43,417 bases of DNA from Candidatus Zixiibacteriota bacterium (GTDB lineage: Bacteria; Zixibacteria; MSB-5A5; CAIYYT01). The stretch covers positions 1 to 43,417 of the forward strand of contig JBECKX010000134.1 of assembly GCA_040235515.1 (NCBI GenBank), given 5' to 3'. Below the pieces are notes generated by a model, which saw only the letters and a program-made list of their open reading frames with translations, had not been told where the DNA came from and did no database searches. The position numbers and the translations under genes are program-made. This document shows positions 19,862 to 29,508 of the stretch, piece by piece (position 1 is the stretch's first letter; each line of letters opens with the position of its first letter).

Positions 19862-22213
19862 ATGCGTGCACTGGCAATTTCGCTGCTACTGACTTCGACA
19901 ATGATAATCTCACACAATGCAACCGCGATGAACGACTACATCAAATGCTCAACTGACAGGCAGAGCGCCGTCACCGAATTCTTAAAACAATTCAAGACAG
20001 CGTGCGAAACGAAGAATATTGACTCACTGCTGGCGCTGTATGGCAGCACCGATTCGGAAAACGTGGCGGATGCGCGCCAGAGATACAGTGACTACTTCTC
20101 GCTTCAGGATGTTGCGCTTGGGGTTGATTTCGGGGAGGCGTTCTGCCGGAGTACGGCTGGGGGTGACTCAATCAGGGTACCGATGCGGTTACGCCTCGAT
20201 TATTCGCTCAACGGAGTTTCGCAATACAGTTCGGAGTGGTCGTGGCTCAAGCTCGTTGATCGTGGTGAGGGAATGGCGCTTATCGGCGAAGAACAAGCGA
20301 GGTTCATGCAGACGGAGTATACCGACTTGCGGGTTGAGCTTCATCCCGAAACCGGGACGATGGCGGGGAAGGGAACGCTGCGATTGAGTGTGGTTGAGAC
20401 AGGTCCGACTTCGATTGTACTCGCACTCAACCGGGGACTTGCGGTCTCTGCTGTCGCTGTAAACGGAAGCTCGATTTCAGATTTCCAACGCAAGGGCGCG
20501 ATACTGGAGCTACCGGTGGCTGGTGGGTTGAAGGCGGCTGATTCGATTGAGATCGCCGTTGAATTCGCCGGCTCACTCTTTAACGAGAGCGAGATCTACG
20601 GTTACTCGCAAGTCAGCATCGCGCCGGAGGGATCATTCGCCAGTTGGGTGACGCATTGGTATCCGCGCAACATCAGCGGCTCGAGCAAGTCGCGCGGTCA
20701 GATCGAGATGGTGATTCCGGACAACCTTGAACTGGCCTGTACCGGGAAAGAGATGACAAAGCGACAGATGGAGGGGAAAACAATCTATCAGTTTGCGGTG
20801 GAGAATCGCCAGGACTTCACCTTCGCCGCCGCGCAGTATCTGCATGAGTCGCGGAAGATCAACGGCGTGACTGTGGGCGTCTACTTCCTCGAGGGTGGGC
20901 AGGAGAAGGTTGACCTTTACATCGAACGTTGCAGCGAGATTCTGAAGTTCCTCGCGGAGTATTACGGCGGGTACCCATACGACAGTTACTACCTGGTTGA
21001 GATTCCCTCGACGGTGACCGGGTCGCTGGGAGGTTCGAGCGAACAGGGGATGAACCTCTATCCAACCGGAGTATTGCCCGAAGAGCGTGTAAACCTGCCG
21101 CTGATCTCGCATGAGCTTTCGCATAGCTGGTGGGGCAACCTGGTGGGGAGCAGGAGTGGTGCCGTGATCAGTGAGGGGCTGGCGCAGTTGTCGGCGGTGC
21201 TTTGCGTCGAACATTTCGAGGGTGAGGCCGAGATGCGCCGTTTCCTGCGTTACGGCAATCCCGATTATTCGCAATCGGCGGAACAATACTTCAAACGTTT
21301 CACGGGACCGGAGCCGGTGATGCAGGATTTGCCGATCGGTGAAGTTCAACTGGCGCAGGCGTCGGTTTTGCACGAACTGGCGGATGTCAAAGGCCACTTC
21401 GTCTATGAGATGCTTCGCCGCCAGATTGGAGCAGACAACTTCCGCGACGCTTTGCGGAACATCGTGAGTGAATATGCCGACAAATCGGTGAGCCTCGACG
21501 ATCTGCAGGAGGCATTCGAGCTGCAGAGCGGGAAGAAGCTGGGTCTGTTTTTCGATCAATGGTTCCATCGTACCGGAGCACCATCGTTCAAACTGGAGTA
21601 TGGTCTCAGGAAAAACGAGTTCGGGTCTTCGGTACGCGGGCGGATCATCCAGGAGAACCAGCCCTACAGCGTGACAGCTGCGGTATTGGTGTCAGGACCT
21701 GAATTTCGGCGCATTGAGTCGGTTGAGGTCAGGGGAAGGGAGACCCCATTCGAGTTTCACTACGAGCATACGGTTGATTCGGTTGAGTTTGACCCGAACT
21801 ACGAGGTATTTCGGCACACGCCGGAGTTCGACCATATTTACCTGCTGGCGTATGGAACCAAGCAGCGGGTTGACAAGAAGTATGAGGACGCGATCAAATC
21901 GCTCTCCGATTTTCTGCTTTATCGCCCCGAAAGCCTTGAAGGAAACTACCAGCTGGCCCGGGCTTACCAGGAGCATGATGATCTGGAGCTGTCGACGCAT
22001 TATTTCGCAGAAGTTATCCGGCTGTATGAGGAAGGTGCCGCCTACCAGTGGCCGGTGGCGTTTGCGCACCTGAATCTGGGTAAGAACTACCTGAAGCAGC
22101 AGGAGATAGAGCGGGCTCGCGTGGAATTGGAGAAGGCACTTGGCTATCCGAGCGAGAAGAACGCGGTAGAGGGTGCCCAGGAGCTGCTCGATTCGCTGGA
22201 GCAGGCGCGGTAG
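19862..22213 (+). CDS. Secreted M1-family-like aminopeptidase with N-terminal extra domain and C-terminal TPR-like repeats
   Basis: Signal peptide; HELSHSWWGNLV..SEGLA zinc motif; KG..YEMLR, FFDQW, FDPNY; TPR-like tail (YQLARAY, AHLNLGKNY). Confidence 0.8.
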   Translation: MRALAISLLLTSTMIISHNATAMNDYIKCSTDRQSAVTEFLKQFKTACETKNIDSLLALYGSTDSENVADARQRYSDYFSLQDVALGVDFGEAFCRSTAGGDSIRVPMRLRLDYSLNGVSQYSSEWSWLKLVDRGEGMALIGEEQARFMQTEYTDLRVELHPETGTMAGKGTLRLSVVETGPTSIVLALNRGLAVSAVAVNGSSISDFQRKGAILELPVAGGLKAADSIEIAVEFAGSLFNESEIYGYSQVSIAPEGSFASWVTHWYPRNISGSSKSRGQIEMVIPDNLELACTGKEMTKRQMEGKTIYQFAVENRQDFTFAAAQYLHESRKINGVTVGVYFLEGGQEKVDLYIERCSEILKFLAEYYGGYPYDSYYLVEIPSTVTGSLGGSSEQGMNLYPTGVLPEERVNLPLISHELSHSWWGNLVGSRSGAVISEGLAQLSAVLCVEHFEGEAEMRRFLRYGNPDYSQSAEQYFKRFTGPEPVMQDLPIGEVQLAQASVLHELADVKGHFVYEMLRRQIGADNFRDALRNIVSEYADKSVSLDDLQEAFELQSGKKLGLFFDQWFHRTGAPSFKLEYGLRKNEFGSSVRGRIIQENQPYSVTAAVLVSGPEFRRIESVEVRGRETPFEFHYEHTVDSVEFDPNYEVFRHTPEFDHIYLLAYGTKQRVDKKYEDAIKSLSDFLLYRPESLEGNYQLARAYQEHDDLELSTHYFAEVIRLYEEGAAYQWPVAFAHLNLGKNYLKQQEIERARVELEKALGYPSEKNAVEGAQELLDSLEQAR

Positions 22214-22287
22214 GATCCATTCCCGTAAAGCATTATTCCGGCTGAACAGATTCGATTGCGATAGATAGAGAACTCCCATTTTCCCCC

Positions 22288-22315
22288 TTGATTTCTGCGC
22301 GAAACGCTTTATACT
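22288..22315 (+). promoter_or_regulatory. Sigma70-type promoter for prs-rplY
   Basis: TTGATT-16 nt-TATACT, then GGGAGG RBS. Confidence 0.6.
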
Positions 22316-22343
22316 ATCGGTTCTCTTTTTTGGGAGGGAATGG

Positions 22344-23279
22344 ATGCAAAATGCGCTGAAGATCATATCGGGAACGGCTCATCTGCCGCTGGCGCAACGG
22401 ATTGCGCAGTATTGCGGCGTAGGACTAACACAGTGTGACGTAAGCCGCTTTTCCGACGGAGAAGTCCGCGTTCAGATCAACCAGAACATTCGCGGCTCAG
22501 ACCTCTTCATTATCCAGCCGACGAACCCGCCGGCGGAGAACCTGGTCGAGCTGTTGATTATGATCGATGCGGCCCGCAGAGCTTCAGCCAAACGTATTAC
22601 CGCCGTGATTCCGTATTACGGCTACGCCCGCCAGGATCGTAAAGATCAGCCGCGCGTTTCGATTACCGCCAAGCTGGTGGCGAACCTGATCACGCAGGCG
22701 GGAGCCGATCGGATCATCACGATGGATCTGCATGCTTCCCAGTTGCAGGGGTTTTTCGATATTCCGCACGACCACCTGTATGGGAGCAAGATTTTCCTCG
22801 ATTATATTCGGGGAAAGCAGATACCGAACCTGGTGTCGGTGTCGGCGGATGTTGGTTCGATCAAGATTGCGCGCGCGTTCGCCAAGGAGTTGAATATTCC
22901 GCTGGCGATTATCGACAAACGGCGCATTGAGGCGAATAAGTCGGAGGTGCTGAATATCATCGGAGATGTGCAGGACAAGAATGTGTTGATCCGCGATGAT
23001 ATCGTTGACACCGCCGGAACGGTTGTTCAGGGTGCCGAAGCGCTGAAGAAGCATGGCGCCAAGGAGATCTACGTTTGCATTACGCACGGTGTCCTGTCAG
23101 GGAAGGCGCTGGAACGAATCGAGAATTCGCCCATTACAGAGGTAGTGATAACGGATACGATAAAGCGTGATATGAGCCAATTGCCGGCCAAGTTCCACGA
23201 GGTATCGACTGCTGATATTTTCGGAGAGGCGATCCGTCGAATCTGGCATGAGGAATCTGTCTCGAAATTATTTGATTGA
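22344..23279 (+). CDS. prs: Ribose-phosphate pyrophosphokinase
   Basis: FSDGE, PYYGYARQDRK, MDLHASQ, DDIVDTAGT, THGVLSG. Confidence 0.97.
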   Translation: MQNALKIISGTAHLPLAQRIAQYCGVGLTQCDVSRFSDGEVRVQINQNIRGSDLFIIQPTNPPAENLVELLIMIDAARRASAKRITAVIPYYGYARQDRKDQPRVSITAKLVANLITQAGADRIITMDLHASQLQGFFDIPHDHLYGSKIFLDYIRGKQIPNLVSVSADVGSIKIARAFAKELNIPLAIIDKRRIEANKSEVLNIIGDVQDKNVLIRDDIVDTAGTVVQGAEALKKHGAKEIYVCITHGVLSGKALERIENSPITEVVITDTIKRDMSQLPAKFHEVSTADIFGEAIRRIWHEESVSKLFD

Positions 23280-23298
23280 GTTTAGATAAGGAGTAGCC

Positions 23299-23976
23299 AT
23301 GAAAGAGCTAGTGTTAGATGCGGCGAAGAGAACCGGCACTGGCAAAAGTGAAACGCGCAAAATGCGCGCGAAAGACCAGGTTCCGGGCATCGTCTACGGG
23401 TTGAAGAAAGCCCCGGAGATGGTTACGGTGGGGAGTCGTGAATTGATCAAGATGATCCACTCTGCCGGAAGCGAGAATATCCTGCTCGATCTGAAGGTCG
23501 GTAGCGCCAAAGAAAAGGTGCTGCTCAAGGATATTCAGGTCCATCCGGTGACTGAGCGGATGCTGCATCTCGATTTCCAGCGAATCGATATGAGCAAGCC
23601 GATCCAGGTGCAGGTACCGTTACACTTCGAGGGCAAGGCCGCCGGTGTGAAGGAAGGTGGCGTGATGGAAGTATTGCGTCGCGATATACTGGTAAGCTGT
23701 TTGCCCGCCGATATTCCGTCCCACATCTCGATCAGCGTAGAGGCGCTGAACATCGGCGACTCGCTTCACGTTTCCGATATCACAGCTGAGAAGGTGGAGA
23801 TTCTGACCGAACCGGAGCGCACGATCGTTGTGGTTGCGCCGCCGACCGTTGTCAAGGTTGCCGCTACGGCTGAAGAGGGTGCTGAGGGTGCCGAGGCTGA
23901 AGGCGCTGAGGCGGCTGAGGGTGAGGAACCGTCAGAACCTGAAGTTATCACCGAGAAGAAGAAGGACGAAGAGTAA
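23299..23976 (+). CDS. rplY: 50S ribosomal protein L25/Ctc (long form)
   Basis: VPGIVYG, IQVHPV..HLDFQ, GVKEGG, LNIGDSLHV, acidic tail. Confidence 0.95.
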   Translation: MKELVLDAAKRTGTGKSETRKMRAKDQVPGIVYGLKKAPEMVTVGSRELIKMIHSAGSENILLDLKVGSAKEKVLLKDIQVHPVTERMLHLDFQRIDMSKPIQVQVPLHFEGKAAGVKEGGVMEVLRRDILVSCLPADIPSHISISVEALNIGDSLHVSDITAEKVEILTEPERTIVVVAPPTVVKVAATAEEGAEGAEAEGAEAAEGEEPSEPEVITEKKKDEE

Positions 23977-24012
23977 GCCGACTTTTCCGAATTCTGAGTA
24001 TAGTCTGAGCAG

Positions 24013-24043
24013 GAAGCTCCCTCAAACGAGGGAGCTTCTTTTT
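24013..24043 (+). terminator. Rho-independent terminator after rplY
   Basis: GAAGCTCCCTC-aaac-GAGGGAGCTTC followed by TTTTT. Confidence 0.85.
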
Positions 24044-24211
24044 GAATAAGGGGGAATATCTGACTCGTGCATTTGTAGTCATTGCACAAATGGTACGGGC
24101 AAGGCGTCTGATAGATGCCCCGCACAACGAATATCTCCCTCACGTTCACCGCCGGCTTGCACGTTAGTACCATTCGATTCACAACAGACAAACGAAACGG
24201 AGGGAAGTACG

Positions 24212-25900
24212 ATGAAAAGGCTAATGCATATTCTGGCTGCTTTGGCGGTGGTGGTTGCATCGGCAAAGGCATTGGGAGCGGACACGCTCTTTGTTGAACC
24301 AGCGATCAAATCTGTCACGATCTTCGGCGATCAGGCAAAGATCAGGCGCGAAATCGATTGCAGGCTGGGCAGTGGAATCGTGCCGGTGCTAATGAGCGGC
24401 CTGCCAATGGGGATGACTGCTGGAAGCGCCAGAGCAGGATTGGTGAATGGCGAAGCAACGGTTGTTCGCCTGGTAGAAAGAACGAGGACTGAATCGGTAA
24501 GCGTAAATGATCGTGTAGCCGCGCTCGAAACCCAGATCGACTCTATCAAGTACTATCACTACGACCGCATTAACGATTTGATCGGAGTCCTGGAGCAGCA
24601 GAGACAACTACTGCTAATGGCTTCAAGTAGCGGAAACTCGGAAATGGAACGGCGGACGCGCGAGGGGAGTTTCGATGTTGCCAGCTGGAAGTCGGCCTAC
24701 TCATTTCTTGGAGCATCGCTTACCCAACTCTCTGATTCACTCCGTGTTCTGAAAAACACGGCGGCCGCGTTCGAAGCCAAGCTCAGTTCCCTGGAGAGTC
24801 GGAAGTCGGAACTGAATTCTCTGGAAGGAAAAACTTCGAAAGTTGTGACGGTAGATATTGAATCACCGCGGGCCGGCAACGTGACGCTGTATCTGGAGTA
24901 TATGATTGGCGGCGCGGCCTGGAGGCCAATCTACGACTTTCGACTACTCAGCTACGACACCCTGGAGCTTCGCTACTACGGGGAGGTGTCGCAACGGACA
25001 GGCGAGGATTGGAGGAACGTCGAGCTAACGCTCTCGACCTCGAGACCACGGTTCGCTAGCTCACCCGGCGATTTCGCGCCCCGCTATGTGGTGGCTGCTG
25101 CGGAACGTGATTTGCTTGCAGAGGGGAGATCAAATAGCATACGTCAGATCGTGACTGCAGGGATTGAGAACATGCCAGTCTTAACTGATGAACTGTCACG
25201 AATGGGAGAAATCCATATTCGAGGCGGACGCGGAAACAGCATCAAGTACGATGCTGACGGAATCGCTACGAGCATATTCTCGAGCAGTTCACAGTTTGCA
25301 ACCTCATTCGAAATCAAGTACCCGCAGACGGTCCTGGCTGGCAGCGAGTCGGTACGTGCGCCAATAGCGACCTTTCGAATGCCATGTGATCTCAAGCTGG
25401 TGGCTCGACCATCAAATCAGGAAGCTGTCTTCCGGTTCGTAGAGTTAACCAACGACGAGGATGTTCCACTGTTGCCGGGAACTGTGCATCTGTTCGGAGA
25501 TGCGGATTATCTCGGCGTGGCAGGTTTATCGGATATTGTTTTTCCCAACCAGGAGTTTGAGGTTCCGTTCGGTGCAGATGAGAGCATCCAGTTGAAACGC
25601 GAGATCACATTTGTGGAGCATGAAAAGAAGGGGGACACGTGGAAAGCGAAGCAACGTATCAGCCTGAGGGTCACGAACAACGGGGCAATGTCGCGTACGG
25701 TCAGACTGGAGGAAGCAGTTCCTGTGAGCCAGAACAAGGAGATCAAGATAGAGTTTGAGAAACTAGTTCCCGAGCCTGCGGATAAGAATCTTAATGGGAT
25801 GGCAGTCTGGGAGCTTGAGGTTTCCGCGGGAGAGACTCGAACGGTCGAGTTTTCTTACAAGATCGAGTATCCGGCAAACACAACGCTGAGGGGACTCTAA
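24212..25900 (+). CDS. DUF4140/DUF4139 (mucoidy inhibitor MuiA-like) secreted protein
   Basis: Signal peptide; IKSVTIF..A.I.R, coiled coil, AAWRPIYD, QRTGEDWRNVELTLSTSRP, LLPG, FGAD, PVSQ. Confidence 0.8.
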   Translation: MKRLMHILAALAVVVASAKALGADTLFVEPAIKSVTIFGDQAKIRREIDCRLGSGIVPVLMSGLPMGMTAGSARAGLVNGEATVVRLVERTRTESVSVNDRVAALETQIDSIKYYHYDRINDLIGVLEQQRQLLLMASSSGNSEMERRTREGSFDVASWKSAYSFLGASLTQLSDSLRVLKNTAAAFEAKLSSLESRKSELNSLEGKTSKVVTVDIESPRAGNVTLYLEYMIGGAAWRPIYDFRLLSYDTLELRYYGEVSQRTGEDWRNVELTLSTSRPRFASSPGDFAPRYVVAAAERDLLAEGRSNSIRQIVTAGIENMPVLTDELSRMGEIHIRGGRGNSIKYDADGIATSIFSSSSQFATSFEIKYPQTVLAGSESVRAPIATFRMPCDLKLVARPSNQEAVFRFVELTNDEDVPLLPGTVHLFGDADYLGVAGLSDIVFPNQEFEVPFGADESIQLKREITFVEHEKKGDTWKAKQRISLRVTNNGAMSRTVRLEEAVPVSQNKEIKIEFEKLVPEPADKNLNGMAVWELEVSAGETRTVEFSYKIEYPANTTLRGL

Positions 25901-26781
25901 GAAGCTTCACTCTTTGAGATCCGTGGTGCCAGCTCGGCGGTGATCATGGCACAGAATATCAACAAGCCGCCAAGGGCGCGCTGAGCGACGAAAGCCTCGC
26001 CGCCGAGAGTCCAGGCAAAGATTGCCGCGAAAACCGGTTCGAGGGCGAAGATCAGGCTGACGCGAATCGCGGCGGTGTGTTTTTGCGCGATCAACTGGAT
26101 GACAAATGCTGAGATGGTCGGGAAGAGCGTGAGGAAAAGGATGATTCCAGCCGTGCTGAGCGAGCCGATCGTGAATGGCAGGCGAAAGCTGAGCGCGCCG
26201 ATGAAGCTGAGGATGGAGACTACCAGGAACTGCTGGAAACAGAGCGCAATCGGGTCATGCCCGGCTTTGGCATAACGGTCCGCGTAGAGGACATGGAGGG
26301 CATAAGCGACCGCGGTGACCAGTGTGACGGCATCGCCAAGGTTCATCGCTTCGATTCCGCCGGTCAACAGCCAGAGTCCCGCAACGGAGAGGGCAACCGC
26401 CGTCAACTCGAGCGGCCTGATCCGCTTCCGGAAGAAGAGCAGCGCCAGAATCGGGACGAAGACAACGAAGAGGCCGGTAATGAATCCGGAGTTGGTGGCG
26501 GTCGTGAAACGCAGGCCGATCGTTTGCGGGGCGTAGATGAGCCAGAGCATGATGCCGAGGATGATGCCCTCCCGCAGGTGTTTCCAGAGTGGTTTGCGGA
26601 TGACAACGAGGTAACCACCCAGGAGTATTGTCGCCAGCGCGAAACGGTAGGCCACCAGGACTACGGGATCGATGTCGGCAAGGGCGGCTTTGACAATAAA
26701 GAAGGTTGAGCCCCAGATTGCGGCGGCGTACAGGAGGCCAAAATCGGCGAGGAGGGAACGGCGGCGTTTCGATTCAGTCAT
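25897..26781 (-). CDS. DMT/EamA family transporter
   Basis: IWGSTF, GLRFTTATNSGFITGLFVVFVP, GD, LEPVFAA. Start placed at MTESKRRR. Confidence 0.9.
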   Translation of the reverse strand: MTESKRRRSLLADFGLLYAAAIWGSTFFIVKAALADIDPVVLVAYRFALATILLGGYLVVIRKPLWKHLREGIILGIMLWLIYAPQTIGLRFTTATNSGFITGLFVVFVPILALLFFRKRIRPLELTAVALSVAGLWLLTGGIEAMNLGDAVTLVTAVAYALHVLYADRYAKAGHDPIALCFQQFLVVSILSFIGALSFRLPFTIGSLSTAGIILFLTLFPTISAFVIQLIAQKHTAAIRVSLIFALEPVFAAIFAWTLGGEAFVAQRALGGLLIFCAMITAELAPRISKSEAS

Positions 26782-27004
26782 GCAGCGGAATGTACGCGGT
26801 GATGGCGTCCGGGTCAGCAAGAAAAAGCTGCTGCCGCGCTCTGTCCACGACCTGATTGGTAGCACCGAACCAAACCATCATTTTGAGAGGGGGGGGAACT
26901 CTCGAATCACAGGGTGATTCTGCTCCCGACACTATCTATGGCCAGTTTTCGCTTGTATGTCGCACTTCTAATGCTTCATTAAGATCAGTTGAGTGCGGGA
27001 ACTA

Positions 27005-27556
27005 CTACCAGTTCAGCAATCCTTCAACCTGCGGCAGTCCGCCTGTAGCCATATCCTTGTATCTCAAATACAGATTGCAGAAAGAGTCGATCATATCAGG
27101 AATGATTTTCCTGCGAATCTGGTCTTCAATCTCTGACTTGTTGGCCAATCCAGTGTACGCGTCCTCCCATACTGTCGCCAAGCAAAAGGTTGAGTTTGTG
27201 TCGCATCCAACGATAGCAAGCCTCAAAAGCTGAACTCCCACATGAAATACCCATTCCGACGATTCGCCTCTCCGAATCAGCTGGGGATGAACATAGAGTA
27301 TACCGCGACATGGGTTCGATACAAGCTTGTTTGTAACCGAAATGTTGTATCCCCGAAGCCTCAGCTCTACATCAGTTGTGATGTTCTCTTGTGAGAAGCC
27401 TACATTGTTTGAAACATTGCTGTCAATGGGTTCAACGAATACATAAATGGTGTCAAGGCCGACAAATGCTCGCGCTTCCCTTGGTATCTCATTATCCTGT
27501 GCACTTGCACTAGCGGCACATACCCACAGTAGTAGCAAGATCAATGCTCTTCGCAT
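27005..27556 (-). CDS. Hypothetical secreted protein
   Basis: RBS AGGAG and signal peptide MRRALILLLLWVCAASASA; no recognisable family. Confidence 0.65.
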   Translation of the reverse strand: MRRALILLLLWVCAASASAQDNEIPREARAFVGLDTIYVFVEPIDSNVSNNVGFSQENITTDVELRLRGYNISVTNKLVSNPCRGILYVHPQLIRRGESSEWVFHVGVQLLRLAIVGCDTNSTFCLATVWEDAYTGLANKSEIEDQIRRKIIPDMIDSFCNLYLRYKDMATGGLPQVEGLLNW

Positions 27557-27586
27557 TAGACCCCTTCTCCTATATTGCATCACGTG

Positions 27587-28393
27587 TTACTTGAGGTTCA
27601 TGACTGTACCTGACTTGAGACAATTAGCAATGTCAGGTCTCCTCTTCTTTATCAGACTATTGAAAATATCCTGCACAAAACCTGCTACCCAATACTGTGA
27701 GCCTTCGAGTGGAGTTTGTCCGCATTCAAGTGCATCAACATAGTCATCAGACATCATGTAATGCTCATTTATGCTGAATGTGTACGCGAAATGAAGTACG
27801 AAGAGGTTCTCAAGGTCAGTCAGAAATGCGTCCAAGTACTTCTTTATGATTCGTTTATCGATGCCAGACTCATTCAGCAACGCGTACCGAAAGAAGTTGA
27901 AGTGAAGATGATTGTTGCAACGTGTCCTTAGTTTCGTGTATCTGTCATCCCTCTGTATCAGGGCATTGACTCCTGCAAGCTTTTCAGAATTCAAAATGTA
28001 CTTCATCATGTTTTTAATTTCTGGCAGCTTATCATCACCAGTGCGCCAATTCTCAATCTTGCTCACTATGAGATTGTCTGATGACATATTCTCCTTCAGG
28101 TAGAGGGCCGAGTAAATGTTGATGATGATTACGTCATTATACTTTCGCAACAGCGCATAGGCATCATTGATTCTGCCGCGCTTCAGTATCTCAGAAATCG
28201 ACTGAAGAGTGCAACGCATTGACTTGAAGACGTACGCATTGAGGTCGAATACTCCACTTACGCCCTGTGCCAAGAAGTTGTTTACCGTGTAGTTGAGATA
28301 TTTGTAAAACTCGATCAGCTCATCGAGGCGTGCAAATACTGGGTGTCCTTTAAGGAGAACCTCAGCGGATGAGTTGACATCAGTCTCTGTCAT
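27587..28393 (-). CDS. Hypothetical helical protein, possibly HEPN-like
   Basis: AT-rich ORF with start placed at MTETD (28393), which avoids overlap with the 28532 gene. Contains DAYALLRKY and RTRCNNHLH. Confidence 0.7.
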   Translation of the reverse strand: MTETDVNSSAEVLLKGHPVFARLDELIEFYKYLNYTVNNFLAQGVSGVFDLNAYVFKSMRCTLQSISEILKRGRINDAYALLRKYNDVIIINIYSALYLKENMSSDNLIVSKIENWRTGDDKLPEIKNMMKYILNSEKLAGVNALIQRDDRYTKLRTRCNNHLHFNFFRYALLNESGIDKRIIKKYLDAFLTDLENLFVLHFAYTFSINEHYMMSDDYVDALECGQTPLEGSQYWVAGFVQDIFNSLIKKRRPDIANCLKSGTVMNLK

Positions 28394-28531
28394 TGATGAA
28401 AGTAAGCAAAGCTCAGGGCCGAGCGCAAGTCCGTCTTGTGCGCAGCTAACAGGTGTGATCGATTTGCCGATACAATCGGTGCAGGCCAGACCAGGAGAAG
28501 ATGAGGCCGGAAACACCAAAAAGGAAGAGTT

Positions 28532-29191
28532 ATGAAGGCGAAACTGAGACCGTGCACAGTTGCAGTTGCGATTCTCATGGCCATAACTTGCAGCGCAAGT
28601 GCCATTGACCCGCCCAAGGGCCTGCAATGGGGGCAGACTCATGCAGAAGTCAAATCTGCACTGAAAAACCTACCCAAAGACAAGCGATTCGACGTTAAAG
28701 ACCCGGAGACTAACGACAACCTGCCACTAAGTTTCAGGTCAGCGGAACTCAAGGACGTGAAGTTGTTTGATGAAAAGGCTAAAGAGGCGCAAGTTGTGTT
28801 CGACTCAACCGGTGGTCTCTGTGCTGTTCAATACGCCTTTGCATGGGAGAATAAGGAAAGAACCACCAATATCTTTGAATCAGCAAACAAAGGAAGGGAC
28901 AAGAGTTGGGCGTTCTATAATGAGTTGTTACAGGCCCTGTATGCTAAGTACGGGGAGCCGGTATCCTCAGTCCCGGCCGAACTACAGGGTCAGGACGTTG
29001 TCAGTGGCACCAAGCTAAGAACTGAGTGGGTAGATCAAACTACGGATGATAAGATAATCTTGGTAATGACAAGGCAGAAACGCAATGCGGTTATCGCGCG
29101 AATTGACAACTACATTGTTGTACTGCTGTACCACTCCCCTGCGTACACAGAAGCTAAGAAGGATGAGATTCGAGCGAGTGACGATATCTGA
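28532..29191 (+). CDS. Hypothetical secreted protein
   Basis: Signal peptide (ASA), PPKGLQWG, L..KYGEP; RBS AAGGAAG. Confidence 0.7.
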   Translation: MKAKLRPCTVAVAILMAITCSASAIDPPKGLQWGQTHAEVKSALKNLPKDKRFDVKDPETNDNLPLSFRSAELKDVKLFDEKAKEAQVVFDSTGGLCAVQYAFAWENKERTTNIFESANKGRDKSWAFYNELLQALYAKYGEPVSSVPAELQGQDVVSGTKLRTEWVDQTTDDKIILVMTRQKRNAVIARIDNYIVVLLYHSPAYTEAKKDEIRASDDI

Positions 29192-29378
29192 GGCTTAGAT
29201 TCTGATGCCCGCCGCCGGGCTATGCCTCTCGTTCGCGTCCAAGATGTCTTTGTCCCCCATCTGCAGATAGTGCTCTATAACAGCATGCGTAGCGAAGCCC
29301 CGCAACCGACATACTTTTGCGGGCGGTGCTTTGCGGTTCAGCTATGGTGATTTGCTGGGTAACGGGGCAATAAAAAAG

Positions 29379-29451
29379 CTCCCCGGACTGGACTCGAACC
29401 AGTGACCCGCTGATTAACAGTCAGCTGCTCTACCAACTGAGCTACCGAGGA
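29379..29451 (-). tRNA. tRNA-Asn (GTT), CCA not encoded
   Basis: Reverse complement TCCTCGGTAGCTCAGTTGGTAGAGCAGCTGACTGTTAATCAGCGGGTCACTGGTTCGAGTCCAGTCCGGGGAG folds as a full cloverleaf with anticodon GTT. Confidence 0.97.
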
Positions 29452-29480
29452 GTAGTACTTCTTCAAAATGTCGGACGGAT

Positions 29481-29508
29481 AGTATATACAGATTAGGCGT
29501 TTTGTCAA
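29481..29508 (-). promoter_or_regulatory. Sigma70 promoter of tRNA-Asn
   Basis: TTGACA-16 nt-TATACT on minus strand. Confidence 0.75.

Noticed and set aside
23870..23930. GAGGGT/GAGGCT repeats in rplY
   Set aside because: Ordinary Glu/Ala/Gly low-complexity tail of long L25 proteins.
26857..26930. tRNA-like fragments (TGGTAGCACCGAACC, GAGAGGGGGGGGAACTCTCGAATC, GCTCCCGAC) as the islet's att site
   Set aside because: Only about 6 bp match the tRNA-Asn 3' end, too weak to call.
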